Below, piece after piece: positions 20,832 through 29,572 of a DNA stretch of 64,000 nt. Under the pieces are notes generated by a model. It searched no databases, had not been told where the DNA came from, and worked only from the letters and a program-made list of their open reading frames with translations. A program made the position numbers and the translations under genes. Numbering within the stretch: position 1 is the first letter of the stretch; every line of letters starts with the position of its first letter. Source of the stretch: an uncultured bacterium. GTDB lineage: Bacteria; Fidelibacterota; Marinisomatia; Marinisomatales; UBA1611. Location: positions 96,001 to 160,000 of the forward strand of contig CALSPG010000001.1 in assembly GCA_943788175.1 (NCBI GenBank), written 5' to 3'.

Positions 20832-21012
20832 CCGGTCTGGTTTTATTTGTAATAAATAAATGAAAAATAAAATAAGACCCAAGCCATAAGGGAACAATAC
20901 CTAGTAGTATTAATGATTTTTTTAGATCTGTGAAAAAAGGAATGATTATTAATATTATTCCAGCAAGAATTGCAAAAAGGGGAGGAAGTAATTCTTTTTT
21001 GTTCATGATCAT
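20803..21012 (-). CDS. Small two-TM membrane protein
   Basis: 69-aa ORF with two hydrophobic helices, overlapping the start of the next gene. Confidence 0.5.
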   Translation of the reverse strand: MIMNKKELLPPLFAILAGIILIIIPFFTDLKKSLILLGIVPLWLGSYFIFHLFITNKTRPDEEVDSKTS

Positions 21013-21114
21013 GCTTAAATATTTACAAATTATTTATGATAATACTAGTTCTAATTACAGGTTGTTCCTTCAAAAATAATGAGGTTAATTTATATTACAA
21101 TTTATTAGAGTCAA

Positions 21115-22695
21115 TTGACAAAAATATTCCACATATCTTTTTTGTTTGTACTTGTTTCTTTTCTTCAGTCACAAAGTTACACTTCAACCAGTGTCCAAGG
21201 GGCTTTTGGAGCGGTTACGATTGATGGAAAAATATGGAATCAGATTGCTCTAAGGCCCATAATTCCTATTGGTAAGGTAACACTTGCTCTGGATATAGTA
21301 TTTTATATTGATCAGGATGGCAATATTCATGATGATGAGTGGGATTTTTCAAATGGAAAGAATTCAAAAAATTCAATCATAGATAAAATATATTATGTTC
21401 GTTATGGTAAAAAATGGGAACCCTTTTATTTCCAAATTGGAGCTTTAGAAAATGTGACAATAGGTCAAGGTATCCTCGTTAATAGATATTCGAATACTAT
21501 CTTATATCCGCAATTAAGAAAAGTCGGGATGGAATTAAAGTTCAAAACATATGGTTTGGATTTCTATGCCTTTACTAACGATTTTAAGGAAAACTTGGGC
21601 TTAGCGGGTTTTCGAGTGTCTAAAAAACTTATGAATAGTATAAATATTGGAGGGTCCTTTGTGACTGATCGAAATCAATATTTAGGATTAAGAGATCGAG
21701 ATGATGACGGACGCCCTGACCTGGTTGACGATTTTCCTAATGATCCAGGTTTTTGGCTAGATACTGATGGTGATGGACTTGCGGATGGCATACCTGAAGA
21801 ATTGGACATTGATGGGGATGGAGTGACAGATACTCTTGATAGTGATGTTCCTGGTTGGAATTTGGATACTTCTTTTGTCCTAGACACTGAAATAATTAGA
21901 AAACCTGAACCTCTTAATGTGAAAGAAAAAGAAAGATCGATTTTTGCTGTTTCCTTAGATGCCTCTAAAACTATTTTAGTCGAAAAAAATATGAATGTTA
22001 CGGTTTATGCTCAATATGCTACATTAATTGGTGAGACTATTGATCCAATAACGAAAGCTAGCACTACATTAGGAAATGGTTTAATACCATTAGGGTTGTC
22101 CGTTAAACTTGGTCCTGCGAGATTTAATTTTGAATATAGAATGATGCCTTCAGGAAAATTTGAATTTGGATATTGGGATAGATCATATGAAATAGAGAGG
22201 GCGACTTTTTCTGCTTCAAATGCTTCTATGATGCCTGGGGTGAAAACAGGTGAAATTATTACGAAAGATAGTAAGTTGGGAAAATTTGGAAAACAAAAAG
22301 GTTATTTTTCTACGCTGAGCCTTGATCTAGGCGAACTAATTGGTTCTTCATTATCCTATCAAAACCTTTTTGGAGAACAATGGAGTAATTACGATAACAA
22401 TTTTATTAAAGATCGCAATCAAAGTTTTATCGCTAGCATTGGATTGAAAAAACCAATTAGTAAAATCACTAGCGCTAGATGGTATTACCAACAACGAAAT
22501 GTTCCTAATCCATTTAATTTTAAATATACAGAAAGTACTATATCAGGTTATCGAGTTGGAATAAAACTCGGAAATGGTATGATACTAAATTACATTTTTA
22601 GGCAGTCTTTTCGAGATATAGATGGTGATGGTGATGTAAATGGAAAAGAAGAGACTATTAACATGACAAGCATTGAGACTAGTTTCTCATTTTAA
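21115..22695 (+). CDS. Putative outer-membrane protein with inserted thrombospondin type-3-like Ca-binding repeats
   Basis: Signal peptide, DRDDDGRPD/DTDGDGLAD/DIDGDGVTD repeats, amphipathic beta strands and a terminal Phe (ETSFSF). Confidence 0.65.
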   Translation: MTKIFHISFLFVLVSFLQSQSYTSTSVQGAFGAVTIDGKIWNQIALRPIIPIGKVTLALDIVFYIDQDGNIHDDEWDFSNGKNSKNSIIDKIYYVRYGKKWEPFYFQIGALENVTIGQGILVNRYSNTILYPQLRKVGMELKFKTYGLDFYAFTNDFKENLGLAGFRVSKKLMNSINIGGSFVTDRNQYLGLRDRDDDGRPDLVDDFPNDPGFWLDTDGDGLADGIPEELDIDGDGVTDTLDSDVPGWNLDTSFVLDTEIIRKPEPLNVKEKERSIFAVSLDASKTILVEKNMNVTVYAQYATLIGETIDPITKASTTLGNGLIPLGLSVKLGPARFNFEYRMMPSGKFEFGYWDRSYEIERATFSASNASMMPGVKTGEIITKDSKLGKFGKQKGYFSTLSLDLGELIGSSLSYQNLFGEQWSNYDNNFIKDRNQSFIASIGLKKPISKITSARWYYQQRNVPNPFNFKYTESTISGYRVGIKLGNGMILNYIFRQSFRDIDGDGDVNGKEETINMTSIETSFSF

Positions 22696-22697
22696 AT

Positions 22698-25292
22698 ATG
22701 AAATCATCAGATATAAGAAAATCATTTATAGAGTTCTTTCAGCAAAAAGATCATAAGTTTATAAGAAGCGCTCCAGTTGTTCCAATCGGCGACCCAACTC
22801 TTTTATTTACAAATGCTGGGATGAATCAATTCAAACCTATTTTTCTTGATGAATCTAAGCCTAACTATCCACGAGCCGTTAATAGTCAAAAGTGTATTAG
22901 AGTAAGTGGAAAACACAACGATCTTGAAGAAGTTGGTATTGATACCTTTCATCATACCTTTTTTGAAATGCTAGGTAATTGGTCTTTTGGAGATTATTAC
23001 AAAAGTGAGGCTATAAAATGGGCCTGGGAATTATTAACTGAAGTTTGGGGTTTAGATAAAAATAGACTCTGGGTAACTGTATACAAAGACGATAAAGAAG
23101 CTTATGACCTTTGGCTAAATAACACTGATATTAAAAAAGATCGTGTACTCTGGTTCGGTAAGAAAGAAAATTTTTGGGAGATGGGTGAGACTGGTCCATG
23201 TGGACCGTGTTCAGAGATTCATTACTTTATTGGTGATGATTTATCTAATCAGTCAAAAGAAGGTGTCAATAGAGCAGATGAATATTGGGAATTATGGAAT
23301 TTAGTATTTATTCAAAATGAGCGTTTAGCTGATGGTTCATTAATAAACTTATCTCAAAGTCATGTTGATACTGGAGCTGGTTTAGAACGAATTACAAGCG
23401 TTATTCAAGGAAAAACGAGTAATTATGAAACAGATCTTTTTCAGCCAATCATTAAAGAATTGGAATCAAGTTCTGAATGTAAATATGTGGACAATCCAGT
23501 ACCTTTTCAGGTTATAGCGGACCACATACGAATGCTTTGTTTCTCAATCGCTGATGGTGCTTTACCCTCGAATGAAGGCAGAGGATATGTCCTAAGACGA
23601 ATTTTAAGACGTGCCTCGAGGTTTGGGCGAGTACTTAAGCTTGAAAAACCTTTTTTGCATAAAATTGTTCCTTCTGTTTGCAACCTAATGGGAGATGCTT
23701 ATCCAGAATTAAAAGAGAAAAGTACTCACATAAAGCTAGTTATAGGAACAGAAGAAACTCTTTTTAATCAAACTCTTGATAGAGGTATTACTCATTTAGA
23801 AAAACTGATGAGTGGTCTCAAAAGTGGTAAAACTATTTTAGGTAGCGATGCTTTCAAACTCTATGACACTTATGGGTTTCCTCTTGATTTAATAGAGCTA
23901 ATAGCAAGGGAAAAAAATATTGATGTTGACGAAGAAGGATTTCATCTTGAAATGGCAAAGCAAAAAGATAAAGCCAGGCAAGCGGGAAACTTTAAATTGA
24001 AAGAAAAAAGTATTGATTGGATAGAGCTTTTAAAAGGAAAAGGCTCTGAATTTGTTGGTTATGAATATCTAGAAACTAGCTCTAGAGTTTTAAAGTATTC
24101 AGAAATCGAAGATGGTTTTATACTTGTGCTTGATAAAACACCCTTCTATCCAGAGTCTGGTGGCCAAATCGGTGATAGAGGTAAAATCTCATTTGAGGGT
24201 ATAGATTTAAATGTAATTGATGTTCAGAAGCATAATGACATGATAATTCACTTATGTAAAGGTGTAGTTTTAGATTGGAGTAAGGTCGTAAGTGTTCAAT
24301 GTGTCGTCAATGATTTTCATAGATCAAGTGTAAAAAGAAATCATACTGCTACGCATTTATTGCACGCTGCTTTAAAAAAAGAATTAGGGGACCAAGTTCA
24401 GCAAGCAGGTTCATTGGTACACCCAAATTATTTAAGATTTGACTTAACATATTTTGAAAAAATTACAGGGGATCAAATAAGAAACATTGAAAATATTGTT
24501 AATAGACAAATTCTATTAAATAGTGCTTTAAACACTTCAGTTAAAGCATATGATGAAGCTATTAGTAGTGGCGTAGTTGCCCTTTTTGGTGAAAAATATG
24601 GTGACAATGTTAGAGTTGTATCAACCGGTAAATTTTCAAATGAACTTTGTGGCGGAACTCATGTTAATAGCACTGGTGATATAGGATTATTTAAAATAAC
24701 AGAAGAATCATCATTAGCATCTGGTGTGAGACGCATTGTTGCTGTTACCGGCACCACTGCAATTGAACTATTTCAAAACCAAGCTGATTTAATATTTAAT
24801 ATGCAAAGAATGTTGAATTGTAAGGAAGAAGAGTTACCTGATAGAATTAGTCAATTATATCAAGATAAAAAATCGTTAGAGAAAAAAATAAAGGAGTTAA
24901 ACCAATCAGATGATTCAGATATTATTGCCTGGGTAAATAAAGCAAGTAAAGTTGGTGATTATATTTTTGTAATTGAATTATTGAGTATTGAAGGTGCTGA
25001 TGAATTAAAGCGTGTAGGGGATCGACTTATCTCTGAAATTAAAAGCGGTATTGGTGTTTTATTTAACAATGCAAATGATAAACCCTCAGCTGTTGTTGTC
25101 GTCAGTGAAGATTTAGTTCATAAAAAAATAAACGCTGGAATTTTAGCTAAGGAAATAGGCTCTTATATGGGCGGCGGTGGTGGTGGAAAACCTCAAATTG
25201 CGACAGCAGGAGGTCGTCAATTTGGTGTTGTTGAAAAAGCTATTATCAAGACAGAAAAATTAATTTTAAAAGTTTTAAACAAGGAGCTGTAA
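22698..25292 (+). CDS. alaS: Alanine--tRNA ligase
   Basis: DPTLLFTNAGMNQFK, HHTFFEMLGNWSFGDY, the editing motifs HTATH and ELCGGTH, and GGGGG at the C-terminus. Confidence 0.99.
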   Translation: MKSSDIRKSFIEFFQQKDHKFIRSAPVVPIGDPTLLFTNAGMNQFKPIFLDESKPNYPRAVNSQKCIRVSGKHNDLEEVGIDTFHHTFFEMLGNWSFGDYYKSEAIKWAWELLTEVWGLDKNRLWVTVYKDDKEAYDLWLNNTDIKKDRVLWFGKKENFWEMGETGPCGPCSEIHYFIGDDLSNQSKEGVNRADEYWELWNLVFIQNERLADGSLINLSQSHVDTGAGLERITSVIQGKTSNYETDLFQPIIKELESSSECKYVDNPVPFQVIADHIRMLCFSIADGALPSNEGRGYVLRRILRRASRFGRVLKLEKPFLHKIVPSVCNLMGDAYPELKEKSTHIKLVIGTEETLFNQTLDRGITHLEKLMSGLKSGKTILGSDAFKLYDTYGFPLDLIELIAREKNIDVDEEGFHLEMAKQKDKARQAGNFKLKEKSIDWIELLKGKGSEFVGYEYLETSSRVLKYSEIEDGFILVLDKTPFYPESGGQIGDRGKISFEGIDLNVIDVQKHNDMIIHLCKGVVLDWSKVVSVQCVVNDFHRSSVKRNHTATHLLHAALKKELGDQVQQAGSLVHPNYLRFDLTYFEKITGDQIRNIENIVNRQILLNSALNTSVKAYDEAISSGVVALFGEKYGDNVRVVSTGKFSNELCGGTHVNSTGDIGLFKITEESSLASGVRRIVAVTGTTAIELFQNQADLIFNMQRMLNCKEEELPDRISQLYQDKKSLEKKIKELNQSDDSDIIAWVNKASKVGDYIFVIELLSIEGADELKRVGDRLISEIKSGIGVLFNNANDKPSAVVVVSEDLVHKKINAGILAKEIGSYMGGGGGGKPQIATAGGRQFGVVEKAIIKTEKLILKVLNKEL

Positions 25293-25300
25293 ATCATATT

Positions 25301-25717
25301 ATGTCTAATCAGAAAATAAATGAAAGAAAACCTATTCGTGAACTCATTCAAACTGATAATGCGCCCAATGCTGTTGGAACATACAGTCAAGCAGTTTCTG
25401 CGGGTGGTTTTTTGTATACTTCTGGTCAAGTTGGAATTAATCCGCTTACTGGTGAAATGGTTTCTGGCAATACAAAAGAGCAATGTCTTCAAGTTCTAAA
25501 AAATATTTTAGCTATTCTTGAGGCAAGAAATCTTTCTTTGGTAAATATTGTTAAGCTCAATGTGTTTTTAAAAGATTTGAATGACTTTGGTGACTTAAAT
25601 GATACTTTTGTTGATTTCTTTGGCAATACAAATTTCCCTGCAAGGTCAACTATTGAAGTAGCTGGTTTACCGCTTGGAGCCAGAGTAGAGATTGATTGTA
25701 TCGCAGTAGAGGGTTAA
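25301..25717 (+). CDS. ridA: RidA/YjgF family reactive-intermediate deaminase
   Basis: APNAVGTYSQAV, SGQVG, PARSTIEV and LPLGARVEID motifs. Confidence 0.93.
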   Translation: MSNQKINERKPIRELIQTDNAPNAVGTYSQAVSAGGFLYTSGQVGINPLTGEMVSGNTKEQCLQVLKNILAILEARNLSLVNIVKLNVFLKDLNDFGDLNDTFVDFFGNTNFPARSTIEVAGLPLGARVEIDCIAVEG

Positions 25718-26136
25718 TGAGTTCTAAATCCTTATTTTTTTCATTATTGCTATCTTATAATCTTAATGCCCAAATTAACGAAGTAGATTCAACATTGATT
25801 AAAAATTCTCGGCAAGCCTTTCTCTTTTCACTTGTTCCAGGCGGTGGTCAATTTTATAACCAGAAATACATTAAAGGTTCTTTAGTCATGGGCCTGGAAA
25901 CTTTGGCATTTTATTCATGGTTAGAAAATTCAAAAATTTATAAAAATTATGATTCTGATATATATTCTCTTAGGCAAAACAGATATCTTGAAAAGCGAAA
26001 TAAATATGCCTGGTGGGTAATATTCCTTTATTTTTACAGCATGATTGATGCGATGGTTGATGCGCATTTGAGTCCATTTGATGATATAATGAGTACATCT
26101 ATTGATGATGTAGGAGGAGAAGACAATGAAAAATAA
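25717..26136 (+). CDS. DUF5683-like membrane/secreted protein
   Basis: SLVPGGGQFYN...KG and DAMVDAHL motifs. The ATG overlaps the ridA stop. Confidence 0.7.
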   Translation: MSSKSLFFSLLLSYNLNAQINEVDSTLIKNSRQAFLFSLVPGGGQFYNQKYIKGSLVMGLETLAFYSWLENSKIYKNYDSDIYSLRQNRYLEKRNKYAWWVIFLYFYSMIDAMVDAHLSPFDDIMSTSIDDVGGEDNEK

Positions 26137-27526
26137 TAGAGAGCAATGGGGGTCTAGACTTGGCTTTATTTTAGCAGCTTCTGGTTCTGCTGTTGGACTT
26201 GGTAATATTTGGAAATATCCTCATATGGCTGGACAAAATGGTGGTGCTGCTTTTACGATAGTCTATTTGATTTGCATACTTATAGTTGGATTACCAGTAT
26301 TGTTGGGAGAATTGGCCATCGGCCGTAATACACAATTAAGCCCTGTCGGTGCATTTAAGAAACTTTCAAATGCATCTTATTGGAAATGGGTAGGGTTTCT
26401 TGGAGTTTCATCAGCTTTTGTGATATTATCTTTCTATGGTGTAGTAGGTGGTTGGACTTTAAGATATACGTTTTTTTCTTTGTTCGGTGGTTTTGATGCA
26501 CTTTCAGGGAATTCAGATTCTTCCGCAAAAATATTTAGTCTTTTTGTGAGCAATGATATAAATCCAATTTTTTGGCTAATTCTATTCATGTCATTATGTA
26601 TGTTTATAATTATTAAAGGAGTTAAATCTGGTATTGAACAAGCTGCAAAGATCATGATGCCAATCATTATTGTTATACTCATTCTTTTAGTCATTAAAGG
26701 TTTAAGTCTTGAAGGAGGTAAGAAAGGATTAAAATTTCTTTTTATGCCTAAATTTTCAGATCTAACTCCATCAAGCATCGTTATGGCGCTTGGCCATGCT
26801 TTTTTTACTTTAAGTCTGGGTATGGGTACAATGATAACATACGGTAGTTATTTAGGTAAAAATCAAAACCTTATTAGTTCTGCACTTTGGGTAATAATAC
26901 TAGATACTATTATCGCTATGTTGGCCGGGACTGCTATTTTCACAATAGTATTTGCAATGGGTGCAGATCCAAGCTCAGGTCCAGGTCTTATTTTTGAAGT
27001 ACTGCCCACTATCTTTCCGCAAATTGGTGGTGGAGTCATATGGGGCACATTGTTCTTCTTTATTTTATTTATGGCCGCTTTAACATCGGCAGTATCAATA
27101 CTAGAAGTAATAACATCATATTTTATTGATCAAAAAGGATGGACAAGAGAAAGGGCTACATTATCTTTTGGTATATTAATTACAATTGTAGGGATGTTTT
27201 GTTCTTTATCCATGGGCTCTTTTAATGATTTTAAGATTATTTTTAATATATCCTTTATGGATTTTCTCGATGAATTATCATCTAAGTATATGTTACCAAT
27301 TGGTGGAGCGCTTACAGCTCTTTTTATATTAAGTAAATGGTCTGTTAAAACATTTTTAGATGAAATACTTGTTGGCGTTCAAACTCGAAAATTTGATAAA
27401 GGGTTGCTTCTAAATTTTTTAAAAGTGCTTCTTATAGTTTCTTCTTTTATTGTCGGACTTATTATTCTTAATGAGCTTTTTGAACTTTTTTTTGGTTCTT
27501 CTCTGCAAAAAATAGCAGGTTTTTAA
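26126..27526 (+). CDS. Sodium-dependent transporter, NSS/SNF family
   Basis: REQWGSRLGFILAASGSAVGLGNIWKYP, FFTLSLGMG and GPGLIF motifs. Confidence 0.96.
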   Translation: MKNNREQWGSRLGFILAASGSAVGLGNIWKYPHMAGQNGGAAFTIVYLICILIVGLPVLLGELAIGRNTQLSPVGAFKKLSNASYWKWVGFLGVSSAFVILSFYGVVGGWTLRYTFFSLFGGFDALSGNSDSSAKIFSLFVSNDINPIFWLILFMSLCMFIIIKGVKSGIEQAAKIMMPIIIVILILLVIKGLSLEGGKKGLKFLFMPKFSDLTPSSIVMALGHAFFTLSLGMGTMITYGSYLGKNQNLISSALWVIILDTIIAMLAGTAIFTIVFAMGADPSSGPGLIFEVLPTIFPQIGGGVIWGTLFFFILFMAALTSAVSILEVITSYFIDQKGWTRERATLSFGILITIVGMFCSLSMGSFNDFKIIFNISFMDFLDELSSKYMLPIGGALTALFILSKWSVKTFLDEILVGVQTRKFDKGLLLNFLKVLLIVSSFIVGLIILNELFELFFGSSLQKIAGF

Positions 27527-27543
27527 CAAAAGGTTAATAAAAT

Positions 27544-28362
27544 ATGATTTTAGCTAGGGTTATTCCAAAAGATTCAAATTCGTTTAAAAAAAATAGAAAG
27601 AGAATGTCTTTCTTCGTTCAATTCGTTGATAAGTATAACATTTCATATTTGTTTGGTGTTTGGACTGCTACTATTGCTGGTTATGTTTATCTTTTAGGTA
27701 ATATTGATCGTTATAGCTACTGGGAATGGTCTGGATTACCTAATGGAGTTTTAAGGATACTTTTAAGTACATTATTTTTTTATAGTTTTTCTAGTTTTGG
27801 TTTCTGGCGTACTTCAAATAAGCGCTTGGAACAAGCAGCCCTCATTTATAATTCTTTTTTTTACTTCGCTTGTTTTATTTTGGGAAGTTTGAGTTTTAAT
27901 GTTTTGGAATTCAATTCTGTTGGCTACTTACCATACTTAGCTTTTATCATTTCAGGTGTTTTGATTTACGAGTTTAAAGTTTTATACAATTTAGAAAGTG
28001 GAAACTGGTCAGTTGATAGTTGGAACAAAAAGAATTCATATATGATAGCCGCTTTTATTTTAATGGTTTTTGCCACATTTCTTGGTTATGTCCTCGATGA
28101 CCCGATCATAAGTACTGTTGGAATTGTTTCTCTTTTTTTCCCGGCGGTGGTATTGATTTGGCCAAGTGATGTAAGACATATTAAACGTTTACAATTCTAT
28201 CCTCTTTTTACATTTGCAATGTTTACATGCGTTAGAGCACCATGGTTTTTTATAATACTAGCAATACTTTTCTTTTTCCTAAGATCAACTAATTATTTTA
28301 AATATGGAATAGTTTATCCTTCTTTTGGGGTACATCTAGAAGAAATAAATTCGGATGTATGA
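27544..28362 (+). CDS. Multi-pass membrane protein of unknown function
   Basis: About 7-8 hydrophobic helices; overlaps the downstream reductase start. Confidence 0.6.
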   Translation: MILARVIPKDSNSFKKNRKRMSFFVQFVDKYNISYLFGVWTATIAGYVYLLGNIDRYSYWEWSGLPNGVLRILLSTLFFYSFSSFGFWRTSNKRLEQAALIYNSFFYFACFILGSLSFNVLEFNSVGYLPYLAFIISGVLIYEFKVLYNLESGNWSVDSWNKKNSYMIAAFILMVFATFLGYVLDDPIISTVGIVSLFFPAVVLIWPSDVRHIKRLQFYPLFTFAMFTCVRAPWFFIILAILFFFLRSTNYFKYGIVYPSFGVHLEEINSDV

Positions 28363-29569
28363 TGCCATCATTGTGGGTGCTGGTCCAGCAGGATCTAGCG
28401 CAGCTATCTACTGTAATAAACTAGGTCTCAATACTTTATTATTGGATAAGTCTATATTCCCTAGAGATAAAATTTGTGGTGATGCTCTATCTGGGAAAAG
28501 TGTAAAAATCTTAGAAGAGTTAGATTTATTACAAGATTTAGATAAACTAGATGGCGCAATCGTTAATAGAATTATTTTTGGAAATCCAAATCATTCTGAA
28601 TGTGAATTGCATCTTAATAAAAGCTTAAATAAAAGGCATATTTCTCATGGTTTTGTAATCCCAAGAAAAATATTTGATAATTATTTATTTAAAAAAGCTA
28701 GTGATGTTTCTAATGTGGTAAGTGGTTTTAAAGTCGAAGATCTTATCTATGATAAAAGTCAAGTAGTTGGAGTTAAAGGGAAGTCTAATAAGGGAATACA
28801 TAAAAAATATTTTGGTAATATTGTTCTAGGCGCTGATGGACCTTACTCCATAGTTTCAAGAAGAACAGGGCTATATAATTCTGATATGAATTATACTGCA
28901 GTTGGGTTGAGATGTTATTATGAAAATGTTGAAGATTTAACGGATCAAATAGAACTTCATTATGTAAACGAGACTATTCCTGGATACTTTTGGATTTTTC
29001 CTGCTGGAAATAAAAAAGCAAATATTGGTGTTGGTTTACTAAAAAGTAGAGCAAAAAAAAAGAAGTACGACCTCCAACAAATAATGAAGCAAGTAATAAA
29101 TTCAAAAAATTTCAAGCATAGGTTTAAAAATTCAAATGCACTTGAAAAACCAAAAGGATGGAATCTACCATTCGGAAATACGAAAAGAGAAAACCACGGT
29201 AATGGTTTTTTGCTTCTTGGTGATGCTGCCGGGTTGGTTGATCCTTTCACTGGGGAAGGTATCGGTAATGCAATGGAATCAGGAAAAATAGCTGCAGATA
29301 TTGTGTTGAAAGCAAAAAAAATAAATAATTTTTCAAATCAAATTCTTTCAGAATATGACAAAGTACTTTGGGAATATTTAGGTAGTGAACTCAAAACTAG
29401 TACTCTATTATTAAAGTTAGCTCATTATAGAATTCTACTTAATTTTGTAATTGATAGGGCAAGCAGAAATAAAAATATAAAAAATATGATTTCAGGTATG
29501 CTTGCAGATGAAGTTCCTAAAACAGAATTATCAAATCCAATGTTCTATCTAAAAACATTATTTAGTTAA
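28355..29569 (+). CDS. Geranylgeranyl reductase family FAD oxidoreductase
   Basis: GAGPAG, FPRDKICGD, GADG, GYFWIFP and GDAAGLVDPFTGEGI motifs. Confidence 0.92.
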   Translation: MYDAIIVGAGPAGSSAAIYCNKLGLNTLLLDKSIFPRDKICGDALSGKSVKILEELDLLQDLDKLDGAIVNRIIFGNPNHSECELHLNKSLNKRHISHGFVIPRKIFDNYLFKKASDVSNVVSGFKVEDLIYDKSQVVGVKGKSNKGIHKKYFGNIVLGADGPYSIVSRRTGLYNSDMNYTAVGLRCYYENVEDLTDQIELHYVNETIPGYFWIFPAGNKKANIGVGLLKSRAKKKKYDLQQIMKQVINSKNFKHRFKNSNALEKPKGWNLPFGNTKRENHGNGFLLLGDAAGLVDPFTGEGIGNAMESGKIAADIVLKAKKINNFSNQILSEYDKVLWEYLGSELKTSTLLLKLAHYRILLNFVIDRASRNKNIKNMISGMLADEVPKTELSNPMFYLKTLFS

Positions 29570-29572
29570 GCT

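Noticed and set aside
21690-21850. GAT/GGT-rich repeats as a DNA tandem repeat or CRISPR
   Set aside because: They are explained by the DxDxDG protein repeats, and there are no identical nucleotide repeats with spacers.
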